Shown here: positions 45,581-58,764 of the stretch, in pieces
Layout: the number at the start of each line of letters is the position of its first letter
Numbering within the stretch: the stretch's first letter is position 1
Source: Laetmonice hystrix
Lineage: Eukaryota
DNA: 64,000 bases
Reading direction: 5' to 3'
Assembly (NCBI GenBank): GCA_965235115.1
Contig: OZ249440.1
Span: 21,080,001-21,144,000 of the forward strand
The notes under the pieces: model-generated
The model's database searches: none
Told to the model about the DNA's origin: nothing
Seen by the model: only the letters and a program-made list of their open reading frames with translations
Program-made: the position numbers and the translations under genes

Positions 45581-47181
45581 CGAGAGCTGAGCGTGTCACT
45601 AGTGGACGGCTCTTATTAAAACAGGGGGGGGGGGGGGATATGATTCTGATAGCGAGTCTGGCCATAAATCTTACTCAGGACTGTTTACTCAACAGGTGAA
45701 CTTTGGACAGCGACCCCACCATGTGGCCTGACGACCGTACGGACGTCTGCTCCTCCCGTAAGTCAGGCCCTTGCTGGACATAATCAGGCTCACTGGGACG
45801 ACCAGGTTTTCATAAAGAGGACACCGTTTATTTCAGGTGTTTCTCGGGTTGGCTGGCCTGATGAATGGGCAGTCAGAAACATTACTGATATCATAATAAC
45901 ATCACCGTTACTTGACCTATAAAAGTTCTTGATTCCAAACATATGGGTTAGCTGTCACGTTATAAGCTAACCTGATGTCATGGCATGGTTAAAACCGTGG
46001 GAAAATTCTTTCATACAACATGCCATTGGGTGACACGAGGTTGGGTCCATCCCGAATCAAAAATATCTGTGCTGGGTCCGGGGGATGAGACCAGCAGGGC
46101 ATGTATTGGAAGCGACACGGGGTGGACTGATTGAGTGTCACCCATGTCGGGGAGAGCGGGGCTTCCTGTGCCCGGCCTGCGGGGGCTGGCAGCGGGACAA
46201 CCCGGCGGTGAGGCCGGGGCGGGTCGGGGGGTCGCCTGTGTACCATCTGCCAGCTAAAGACACTGCCAGCCACCCGCTTCATCATTCCCAACATCATCAT
46301 CGGTTTGATGCGCACAGCGAAGGGGGCAGAGTGCCTGCAATAATGTACGCCCCAGGAGGACATTGCGTGTAATCCACACCCGGGGCGTGGCACGGGGTGA
46401 CGCTAGTAACTGACGCTAGGCCGAGCGAGGTGACAGGCAAGCGGACTGTCAGAGTGACATCCTCCAATCCTTCATATAACTCCTGGGTCGAGCACCATGG
46501 CATCTGACCCTCGGGTTCGGGCACATCTGACCTACGCCTTGTGTAACATCGGCTGGCCACATAAACACTACACTTACACGACATTCATGACTGAATCATG
46601 TCTAATACATGTAATAACTCATACTATAAAATATCAACAATAGAACATTTAACTCTGTCCCGAGGATATAATGACTATAGGTCTTAAACCATTTACACTA
46701 AATGGTAGTTTAAATACAACATGTGAGCGCATGGTCTTTTAAAAAGTGAAATCATACATAGGATTTAACCTTTGACATGTGTTCTAACTCTGGCTATTCG
46801 CAGGTTCATCCAGGAATACTCCATGAATTGGATGTTTGTACTCACTAATCAGTGTTACGAACTGGTGACTTCACTTCATTAATCAAGCACGACCCCCTCG
46901 CCAGCCCCCCTTGCCCTGACCCCCCCCCCCCCCCCCCCGACCCGGCCCCCGCTCAAGGCGGGTATACGTGCGCCGACTTGGCGCCGGGTATAGGCCGGGC
47001 CGGTGCCCATCGATCTACCGGCCACCGAGCCGTGGGCTCCGCTGTCCCTGGGCACGGCTGTGGCCCTCTGTCGACACGTCATCACACGTCACCTTTATCT
47101 GGTCGCCTTCTCAAGCAAGCGATAAACGATCATGTCAGCGGGTGAAGGGTGCAACTCCTCCTTGCTGGTTCCCAATACTTG

Positions 47182-47190
47182 ACTTACCTG
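47182..47190 (-). other. Candidate splice donor of an FGFRL1 5'UTR exon
   Basis: Perfect CAG|GTAAGT on the minus strand, 2.3 kb upstream of the signal-peptide exon; no transcript support. Confidence 0.28.
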
Positions 47191-49806
47191 GCCACCAGTC
47201 ATAGCCCACCTGTATGGCTCTATGTTCTACACAGCAGCGGCAGCCTTTGATGTTGGCAAGCTGTGACGTACAAGGCGGACACCCACATCAAACTGGCTTG
47301 AATATTAAACAGGGGAAGAGTCAAAGGGACCCAAAGACAGGATGTAGCCCGCCCCCTTACACTGACATTCCCTTTCTGCCAGTTCATCCCTTCATGAACG
47401 ACCTTGGCGCATGTTGTTACAGTGCATCAACGTTTGATCAAAGTGCAGCTTCGCTAATAAATGCTCACCCCCCACAACGTCATATTTTTAGATGTCACAT
47501 TACACCTGTATTCACCGTGTTGAGCAATGATGTGTGTTAAACGTCTGTGTATTCAGTTACAATGACGATTTACAATTGCACAGATGTACCGGGAGGGGGT
47601 AAACTGATGGTTCTGAAGTTTACTGCTTGTTGAGCAACACGTGACAACTCCTGTTACTCAAAGCTCCTGAAAAAAGCGAGTTATCTTGTCCGAATAAATT
47701 CTCTAAATGATCAGTGTGGCATGCAGGCTTTTGTTTTCTCTTCGACTCGGCCTTATGGTCTTATCATCATCCAATGCTGCGCTACCGCCAACGACCCGTT
47801 GAATGGGCGGTGTTTGGGTAGTTACCCCACGGTCGATGTTTTCATTCACTACGACCCCTACCAGGGACCAGTTTATCATTGTTGACTACTCCTGAAAAAT
47901 AACTTGTCCTTGCCGCTCATGTAATCCACCTTCAATTCTCTGCTGATAAAATACTTATATACTAATCCAAGTGAAAGAATGGACAGCAGTAATCACCTTT
48001 CTAAACTCGGGTCGGGGAGGGCCAGCAGGGTGTGTATATCCACGAGACGCGGGCTCCTGCCCTGGGACAGCCGGCGACCAGTGAGGCGAACTCCGGGTAG
48101 CGCAGCCTCCCGATCACCGGGTTGTTTGTCGGTACGTACCGCTACACACGGCGGCCAACCCTCACTAGCCTCTCCTCAACCGCTGCTGCTGCACGCTCAT
48201 TTAAGTACTCCCACATGTGCTGCCGTAATCCAGCTCCGAGTACTCAATGTGAACCCTGTGTGTAGAGTGGTAAGGTTAGCAGTGTCCTCCTCTCTATATA
48301 AGTGTCCACGTATGTCCAAGTCCAGCTGCTCCCTACACGGTTAACCATCGTTTGGATCAATGAGTCGCTGACAGCTCTCTCAGACCCCGCTCGTAGTCAC
48401 GTGTATGGGCTCTAGTGAGCTCGGCCATGGACCAGTCCACTCCACCAGGGGGGGGCAGCCTCCACTGAACAACATCCACCCCTGTCTATCTCAGTATGAA
48501 CACATCAAATCATATTGAGAATAAGTCTCCACGACTCTACTTGCTCTGCTATCATTTTATGTGAAAATATTTGTAAAATATGGAATTAAACGCGAAACAC
48601 GTTGAAGAACGCGCCACCTGTAACCCCCTGCTGAATGGTAGCGTCTCGATACGGACCGACCATTCAGGCGGCTTTAAGGCGACCACTTGTAGACCTTCCC
48701 ATCGCTGACCAGTAACCAACCGTCTTAAAGGTTCCGTATACCTGTGGTTAGCCTGTGACTGGCGGCCAATGACAAGGCCTGCTCAGTTTGTGCAGCGGGC
48801 TGGCCCGCCGGTCCCTCTGCCAGGAGCTCCGGCCGACCCTCTGCCAGGAGCTCCTGTCATAGTTTGTGGAGGCTCCACGGTTTATTCTGTCGGTGTTAGC
48901 GGTCGGGTTTCGTGCTCGCAGGTGGCCGACGTCTGGGTTTACGGACGTACCTGTACGAGTCTCCCTGCCGCCAGTCGGCGTCTGTGGCCGGGTACTGTAT
49001 GCGTGGCTAGCCTTACCGGCTCCTCCCAGTCTATACTCACACAGACCAGGCTTTTATTTCTTTATACTACATGTACAAAATGTATATAGATGTGTACCGT
49101 AAGTTGGGGACTAAAAGCTTAGTTTTTCTGACCTTGGCCACACACTTTATGAATTTAATGTTGCATGCTTGTGGAGTAATAAATTGCTGCCGTTTTCAAT
49201 GGAGAATCTATAAGTACAAAACACGTTTTGTATGAGCCATGAAATGAAAATGGCATAAGGGTGCCACAAAAGAAATGTTTTTATTCACTGCAATGGCCAT
49301 CCTTCTCACCACTTAACTTGTCGCTTCTGATCTTGACTAGTGATGAACAAAATATCTCAAACAAACTCAAAATGACAATAAGTCATTTTTGATAACCCTC
49401 CCCCCCCCCCATTCACTAAGGTTTCAGGCCATCACATGGACAGGTATAAGTGAGGGTATATAGGGACAGGTCGTGAGGGGTGACAGCTGTACCCTGCAGA
49501 CGGTACCCACATGTAGCCGTGGGCCAGGCGGCCGGGCCCGCCGCCCGCCCGGACACTGCCTGCACACCCACCCGCCGGGGACCGCGCGGAGACAGACCTC
49601 ACTGTCCAATCAACTATACCTGATGTCCAGAGGACAGGAGATACGTCTCCCCAAATTGATGCCGTCAGTGTCATATGGTGGCCTGCAGCAGCCACGCGGC
49701 CCCCACTGGTCCGGACCTCGGGGCGGGCAGGTTGATTGTCCAGCATGGAAGCCGGACTCAAACTCTGGACCAGAGATGTGAACTATAGGGGGGAGAGGAG
49801 GGTGCT

Positions 49807-50143
49807 TACGGCCTAAACCCCTGGTCGAGACTGGTACAGACACTGAATCAAACGGTCACTTCCCTACCAGGGGACACACTCTGGGGAACAGTGGCGGATT
49901 CCTGGCAATTATTGCCAGTTAGAAGACAGGATGCGACATTAATCTCAATTCTATCTCCGTGGTTTCCCTCCGTAGTATACGGCCTAAACCCCTGGTCGAG
50001 ACTGGTACGGACACTGAATCAAACGGTCACTTCCCTATACCAGGGGACACACTCTGGGGAACAGTGGCGGATTCCTGGCAATTATTGCCAGTTAGAAGAC
50101 AGGATGCGATATTAATCTCAATTCTCTCTCTCCGTGGTTTCCC
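49807..50143. repeat. Tandem duplication of about 171 bp
   Basis: TACGGCCTAAACCCC starts at 49807 and 49978; each copy contains the palindrome CTGGCAAT-T-ATTGCCAG. Confidence 0.92.
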
Positions 50144-50350
50144 TTGGAGAAGTTTGTCAATCGGATTCATGTAGAGGGGATATGAAGACTTTAGTGGTTT
50201 ATAGACAATTAATCGCTCACCCCTCAGTGCGGTCAGTGATAATTAGGTTGTATCTATTGTTACGGTGGGGAGTGACACGGGTTGCCTGCTTCAACCTTTG
50301 ATTATTTCTTCCGACAAAGAAAATATTTAAGTAAATGACATTTCATGAGT

Positions 50351-50474
50351 CCCACTCGGTCCCGGTCCTTGCCCACCAGGTCCCGGTCCTCCCCCACTCG
50401 ATCCCGGCCCTTGCCCACCAGGTCCCGGCCCTTGCCCACCAGGTCCCAGCTCTTCCTCACTTGGTCCCGGCCCG
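50351..50474. repeat. Degenerate 21-bp tandem repeat, about 6 copies
   Basis: Unit approximately ccaccaggtcccggcccttgc. Confidence 0.8.
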
Positions 50475-53400
50475 GCCCCAGCGCAGGCCCTGCCCCCTGC
50501 CCGTCCCTGTAACATCCACAGTGGTTCCCGGTGGGTTCGTATACATAGACATCATTAGATGACATTTAGGAACCTGAGCTTGACTTTCTCTTTATAACAT
50601 GGAATCACTTATTTTAACCATGATTGTGACCATGCATAACCTTCACACTCCTGACCACTATAACCTACGGCTACTGTTTGAATTGGGCTGTTGATATTCT
50701 ATATTCATACTGTGCGGGAGGCTCTTTAGCTGGCCAAGTTCATGCTTTCCCCAAACAATTTTAAAAACAGCCTCATCTTTTCGCGACGTTGCCCGAAACA
50801 AATATGCGAGTAATAATATGTATAACTGCGGGTGTCATTAGATCCCCATGCAGGTGCGGGGCAAATGCAGTTTACCAGAACAACCGGACGGCAATACTTC
50901 TCTAGATGTATAGAGAGTTGGTCAGCCATGTGTTATAGGGCCGACGGTCGGACACCATAATGTGGGATGCTGAGCACGCCCGAGGCACGTTAACATGTTA
51001 GGATCCACCATATCTAGGTGGTCGGAGGCTCATTCTGAACATAGGCTGGACCCTTTTCGGTATACGTCGACATAATTACAGAACTATATATTTTGGCTAT
51101 AAGCTGACCTCATTTCTCTGGGGAGAAGATCAGCTCCTATATTCTTCTGTATAATCGTTGACATATCGTCAAGATTATGTACACATGGGGGAACACGACT
51201 GACTCAGAGAGTTATAAGGTAAAACATTATAATATGAACCGCAAACCAAAAATGTTAACATTCACAAAACACTATAACATCGCTTTACTGTATTGCTTTA
51301 AAATTAATTCTCAATATAGCAATCATTGTTTTTTTTATAATATTCAAGAAAAATTCTGGAATTGAAAGGGAGAAGAATAATTATTGTGTACAGAGACGGC
51401 ACAAGGTTGTACGCCCAACGTGACTGGCCGTGGCCGTGTCAGATATTACATTATGCAGGGTCAGAGACTATTTTCCTGAAGCCATGACTGTTACATGTAC
51501 TTGTAGCCGTGGCGCTGACTTCATCACTGTGGCTGGTGCAGGGGTCAGTCAGGCTGGGGCACCCTCATGTATACATGTAGGCCTACATGGTTCGGGTAAT
51601 CACATTGCTGACACGGCCACAGATTATGTACAGTCATTTCCAGTAGAGAATTGTGCGCAGGGGCCCTATGTCGGGTTGGACCAATTATAGATTTGCCGAT
51701 TAGTGGCTGACTGTATACAGAGGATGCAGTCACAATCAAACAGTCCAGGCCCTGTTCTATGTAAGGGCGGAGACATGGTCATGGGTGGGGGAAATGATAG
51801 ACCTGACCTTGCAAGTACATAGAACCATGCATTGATGTAATCGTCTTTTGTTTCCTATAATTGTATTATATGAATAGAGACAAAGTGCGCCGACACTAAC
51901 TGCCCCGTGGTTGCGGCTGCTGGGTGGTCCGATGGCACACCATGAACAATCTCACCAGATACCCACAGGTACCCTCCCGGAGAGGTCCGCAGGGTGGGGT
52001 TACCTGGCCGGTATGGGGCCGGCTGTCGGGAGGCTGGGGACCACTCAGGTCGAGGTATAAGTGGGTTTACCGCATGATGGCAGCCAGCACGCCTGGCATG
52101 TCGTATGTATGCCATGAATGTGATCTCCCCGGACATGGACCGCGCCAACTGCCGCACCAAATGGAGCGTCAAGCCGTTCCCCGCCCCTCGACCTCCGGCC
52201 TACAGGGTGATCCAGCGGCCGGTGTATTAACCCGACCGTCTGCCGGGGGGAATCTCCACTCAAACAGTGCTCATCTCGTTCACCACACGGCTGTGTAAAA
52301 CATGAACGTACAGATGTACCGGCAATCAGTTACTAATGGTTCGTCTCATCACTTCACACTTCACCACTTACAACTTCATGCAGCTCTTCAAACTTCCATC
52401 GTAATATTCCCTTCAAGTGGACAGTTTTAATAAAAGGCAATATACATTGCGTTTATCATAGAGCAAGGGGGAGTTTTGTTCAATCATTTCTCCCCCCCCC
52501 CTCCCCAAAAAATGGTAATTTTTGTTCCCTTCTAGAAATAAAAACATTGCCTCAAGCTAAGTTTGCCAATTATAAGGAGAGGTATGTACTCCACCAAACT
52601 CACAATATGGGAGGCAATATTTGGCTGACCTTAGGTCGGTAGCGGTATACAACAGTTGTGTCCTGATTTATAACGGAGGGGGTTCGTGCCCACTCCCATA
52701 TAATCATTGTCCTCAGGGCGATACGCTCTCACCCAACACCCCCCCCCCCTTCAAGTTGGTTTTACCCTCAAAGGGCCGTACAGGTATCTTTTGTATACGC
52801 CGAATTTCATTTGTGATAAATCAAGAGCTGGCATGAATATTGATTGATTCGACCTAATTACACAGATGGTTTATCGGCATCAGCTGTCCATGTTCAACCC
52901 GAAAATGCATAATTCAAACTTTTTAAAAAGAGTAAGAGAAATACCTTTGATGGCGCTGACTGACAGGCTTTGACTGTGTGGTCCCAGCGGTTAGAGGGAC
53001 CAGACGGTTAGGATCGACCAGAGCCCGGTATTGAGGCCGGTCGCCCGGGGATACACGCCCCCTCATCATCTGCTCTGTTCATCCTATGATCAACCGTCAG
53101 CAGTAACAGCGTCTACCTGTGTTCAGGTGGGAGGATCACAGAGAGATCGTATCGCCAGTGGGTTCTTTGTTTCTAACACTATACCGAGCACATAACTGGT
53201 CCCCCCCAGGCCGCAGGCCCATCGCCGGGCCAGGGACAACTCATTCTGATTGTTAGAACTTACCACCTGGGGACGGTCTGCCCATTATACCCCTCCCAAC
53301 CCTCGCCTGGCTCTTCCCCCTAATGGGGGCTTACACAAAGTTATTCTTTTCAAGGTTAGCAACCATGGCTGGTTTGTTTTCTGTATCAATAATCACCCCT

Positions 53401-54428
53401 TGAAATATTGTCACAGAGATGTTATATCAACGCTGACAAGCATTGTTTGTCAGAGTGGTAAGCTCTTGTTACACTATCAGACGACTGCCAATCACACATT
53501 GTTTTCTACCTCGAGGGGAGAATTTTTATGATTCAAAAATTTGAACAAAGCAAATATAAGTACCCACAACGCGTATAATTCAGTCGCCCAATGCTTACAG
53601 GCGGTAAGTCGTTTTTATTGATCTTTTTGGGAGTGGGGGTAGACTTTGTTCTTTTTGTTGAGGCCTTGCTATATTTATGCCTAAATTTAGTCAGGACACT
53701 CAACTAGTGATCATATTCAGCAATTGAGATTTCATGACAACTTTGATCATTAAGGATTCTTATCTTGGTTCCAATAAGATCACATTTTCTAGGCGGTTCT
53801 GTCCAAAATTTGTTGTTACTGACTTTATGTATTGGGCGGCTGATTTTCTCCCCTAAAGCCGCGCGTCCTGTTGGTTTTATAATTAAAATCAACAGTCCAC
53901 CCGCCCGGAGCAGCCAACCGTGCAGGCGGTGACGAGTACAGCACCCTGAATGTTACCGGCACGGAGGTATAGCTAATGATTCCTGCCTTGTATTATAACC
54001 GCTGCCTATATTAACATAGAGGATTACGATCAGGTGTTGGTATACAGTACATGGAATATGTGCCTAACACAATAAACGTTATATACATTTAAATATACTA
54101 GAAGCAAAGATCTGATCATTCATAGGTCTTTGCTAGAAGTAAATCAAATGTAAGGTGGGTCCAAAAGTACTATAAGATACTACAAGTATAATGGGGTACG
54201 ACACTACCCTATGCCTCGATAAACTTGTACGTTAGGCATTTGAATAACTTCAAAGCGGCCTTATTTTCCTCCAATCTTTCCTGTTTCAAATATTTGCTTG
54301 CTGATAATAAAAACCCCTTCCTAGCACGGAGAGGAGGCTCTCAGTCAACCCCATGTCGCTTACCATTACTCGGTTCAAGGCTAGAGAACCTAGTTATTGA
54401 ACAGATCTATCAGAGATATGGGTAGATA

Positions 54429-54583
54429 NNNNNNNNNNNNNNNNNNNNNNNNNNNNNNNNNNNNNNNNNNNNNNNNNNNNNNNNNNNNNNNNNNNNNNNN
54501 NNNNNNNNNNNNNNNNNNNNNNNNNNNNNNNNNNNNNNNNNNNNNNNNNNNNNNNNNNNNNNNNNNNNNNNNNNNNNNNNNNN
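54429..54583. other. Assembly gap (155 N)
   Basis: Run of N. Confidence 0.99.
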
Positions 54584-57500
54584 GATCGAAAGTCCATGCT
54601 AGAATCTACATTGTAATCGCTCACGTAAATCTTGACTGTTACACTGACGATGGACATTCAGAAGCTAGCGCCACCATCGCGGCCCTCTCGTGAAGGAAGC
54701 TCGTTTCGCCTGTATTTCTCAATAATGTATGTGTTGGCCAGTCCTACTTCGGAAGCACCTGCCGCCTACCGGCAGTGGCAGTCAACATCCGGGGAACGTT
54801 CTGAACGCATGCGTAATGTATCGACTGTGACCTCTCGCCAAACACACGTGGAGTGCGGACGTACCAGAGCGCCCTCTACCGTCACAGAGTCCTCGAACCT
54901 GATTCATTGGTTCCAGTTGTGTTCCAACTGGCCAGCAATGAGAGCATGTAGAGTCTATATAACCACGTCCTTGGTCTCAGTGATGTTGTGACGCCTTTAA
55001 TTGCCTAGCTGCACAGAATCACGGTTTCGGTAAGACAGACATGCCGGTCCTTTACGTCATCGCCCTACCCTCTGGACTACATATCTATGTAGGAATATGA
55101 AAAATAAATTCATTCAAGTTCTATATCTAAGCCGTTCATATTGTAATACGCTGAAAAGGTCAATAGTTTTTGTCAGATATCTGTGATACAGACATTGGCC
55201 CTTGATGACAAACTTGGTCCTGCTATAAAACATGTGCCATGCAGTAAAAACAAACGGTGTCCCATGTCTAGTGTACCACAACTTTACAAATAGATTCGAT
55301 GTGAACAGTCACTATCATGGGCTAACAGTCACTGAGTAATTACAGGTGAACATAGCGCGCTCCAAGGCATGTCTTATCAAACTAGAGCCGTGCTTCTATT
55401 TGATATGTAAAGTATCGGCCTCGGGCTTCCAACTTCCCAGGACACAACTCACAGATGGCTGGTAAAAAGTACACTCTCTACTTCCTTGTCGATGCACCCG
55501 AGGAACAAATGCATAGCAATGAATGAGACAAATCGGCTATGGTAGCGACGTTAAGTAAGCTGGCTGATTTCATATCGTTGTCGAGGTTTCACTTCGGATA
55601 CAGTATGGTCGAGTTTACAACCAGACACTACACAGGCGCGAACCAAACAAGGCCTGCTTAGACGAAGGCGTGAGGCCACAAAATGCATTGCAGTCGCCTG
55701 ACAAATGGAACTGGAGATGTAAAAACGAGCGGTATTTACACATTCATGGGGACCCTGTGGTGTTGAAAGTGCCCGATTATACCATCGGAGTGTGGGAGAG
55801 CGAGCCCAAGCCCACAGATCTACATATGTATGGACTGGGATCGGGTTCCTCAGTCCACAGCATGCACACACCTAATCGTATCTGTTCTCCCACAAAAAGA
55901 CAAGGCCGACCCCACTGGCCTCTCCTAATACTCCTCTCTCAGTGTACAGCTCATACAGAGACTGCGGAATATTATCTATTATACGTGTCACCAAGTCATT
56001 GTCGACGTCAGTTACCAGGGCCAGGTCAACTCAATCTGATACACGTCAAACTATAAGGTAATACCACCCCAGCCGGTTTGTCTTTTTGAACATTTCCCCT
56101 TCAGCATTCCCTTAGTTAAATGAGATATTAATTGTTGTACATTTGTATATCATGTCCACTTTATCTCTCAAAACGAGAAGTAATTAGGATTCTTTAATGA
56201 CTGTCATTGCTGGATGAAGGGGGGGGGGCAGGGTTTTGGAAAGGCCGGGGGGGGGGGTCCAAGACAAGTAAGAAATCTGGCAAAGTGGGGTTCAATTTGG
56301 CCAGTTCAGAAAGTTCAACAAGAAAGGAAGAAGAAGAAAAAAGAAGAAAAAAGAAGAAAAAAGTGTTACCAAGGGGAAACAAAGGCCATACTACAATAGT
56401 GACCATTTATATGAAAGTGCGTCCATAATGCTGCCCCAGGAGTTACATAGATCTATACCTACAATAGGCCTACAGCATTGTGTTATATTCAACACCACAC
56501 TTTCATGTAAATATGTAGCAGCAAGAGGTTACCGACAGGTTGTTTCCACAAACCCCGTGCATCCTGGGGAATGTTTCTCTTTGCCAAGCCTGAAGTGCTC
56601 AGAATTCCGTGGTACCGAAGTCTGTCGGTAGGTGGCTCTGTCCGGGAGGGCCCACACATGCCTGACCCGAGGGTTTCACAAAGATTCAGGTTAACCCCAG
56701 TCAACTCTCCTACCCTTTCACCCTCTCCAGCAGCCCGACCACCAAGACCATCTGAGACTATTATCTTCAGAAAGCAAGGTCCGGCTGCGCGGCCGTTTGA
56801 AGCCAGTTATCTGAGCCCACGTTTACCGGAAACTGGAGACGGGATGTTGGCGTCCTGGCCTGAAGCCACTTAGAGCCGGGCCATCTGGCCATCTCTGGAT
56901 CCCAGACGGACCCGCAGGAGGGGTGGGGCGGGGGGGGGGGGGGCTACCGGGCACCCAACAAACAGGTGCCCCGTCTGGATAATTACAGCAACTCCATCAA
57001 TTTCGACGGCGAATCGTTACGATCAGTATATATCGGGAAACAGCGACAGATACAGACACCTGGTGGTAATGTTCAGGAACTAACCCCGGTCGTGGACCGG
57101 TTCTACTCTGTATAGACGTTCGACACGCGCTAATCCCAACAAGACAGATGTGGTTGTGCCCAAGTTTACGTGCCGGTTGCTGCCATAGACTGGGTGATTA
57201 TTTCTACCGGTCACATATAATTGGAAGCAGTCTGTGTACACTGGTGGACAGACTAATCGGTTCACTCCACACTGAGACCTCGTCATTTGTTAAAGCCCAC
57301 ATCAACTACTTCCTCCGTGACTACAAATGAGACCTGGATTTCGCAATGACAACGCTTTATCCCGACGGCCGACACAGTGAGGACGTCGGGCCAGGCAACT
57401 CTCCAATCTCAACCCATAGAAACAGTCTATTCCCAGTCTCCACCCGACTGTCCGCTCCCTAGCTTCAAATTAATTACAGCCTCTCGTGGAGTCATTGTCC

Positions 57501-58764
57501 AGCTGATATTTCCACCGCCCATGGTCTGGCTGCCCTGTGGAGATCACCATCGGGACGTGCTCCACTCGTTACCAGACTGCCAACTCCATTCATTCCCATC
57601 CTATCCTTGATCAAGGACCTCTAGAACCTCTCGGACCGTATGGACCATCCAAAAATATCTATGCATGGGGTGGGGGTGGGGTGGGGTGGGGGTCAACCTA
57701 TTCAGATGAAATTGGAATAATTCACCTTTTAAAAAATGCAAGGTAAATAAAACAACTTTGTGTAGCCTCCAGACTGCAGGAAATGCCCCGGATCTCCTAC
57801 CGAGATTTCTGTGCCCAGATGGACCTCACTTTGCTTTGATGTACATGTGTACCCCCCCCCCCCCCCCATTTCCAGGCCAGGCTTGGGGTTTGTCTCATGT
57901 TCAGTTGTATCAAAAGAACCCACATATACGTTTCTCTGACTGCGTATGTTGATACGGATACATGTGTTTTTAACCTTTGAACTATAGCTGTGGCATGTTA
58001 TGATTGGCAGACATTAGAGCCAAGTTTTAATGGTTCATTGAATCAGGCACCAACGTGCACGCTATATGAAGGGCAGTTTACGTCATCTAATTAACATGAC
58101 GTCATATTAGACGTGTTCCTTAATTAGATGGTCTGACCAAGGCGCGGGAACCCTGAAACCTCAGAAAGCAATTCACGTACCGTTAAATCAAAACCAACAA
58201 GGCTGTACGACTGGTCGTGTTAATGGGATGACGACGTATCCCACAGTTTGAAACCTCCAGTCGCGGATGGTCTGAAAGTCCACGAGATCACCTTCAGTAA
58301 ATCAACTCGCCGACTTCCAATTTCCCTTCAATTTCAATATCTTCAGTCATCATTGAAATGTTTCTGCCGCGTATTTGTGAAAACGAGTTCATCCCGAACG
58401 CTGACGTAAACTCAGCTGACCAATCGTCAACCGGTCAGATGGTCGTGACATGAACACAGTAGGGATGAGCGCTGTTGGTCACTCCCAGCGGCCCTGTCCA
58501 CAATGGTTAGCCACCTCGGTGGTCACTCGCTGCCCGTCGTCACTGACCAGTCCCGATTGGCTTGTCTCCAAATATTTGCTATGACAACAAAGTTTAGTAT
58601 CACAGCAATGTGAGATGGAACGCGTCGAGTGGAGCCGGGAGCTTGCCGAGGTAACACAGAAAATGTGGATTGGGTCATAAGGTCGGCACTGTCAGGGTCA
58701 GCCTCCACATATAGGGAGACAATGAGTGCATCATTAAATACGTATAAATAATGTTTGTTGAGGT

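Noticed and set aside
56207-56428. Lys/Glu-rich small protein
   Set aside because: Translation of G-runs and an (AAG/A)n simple repeat.
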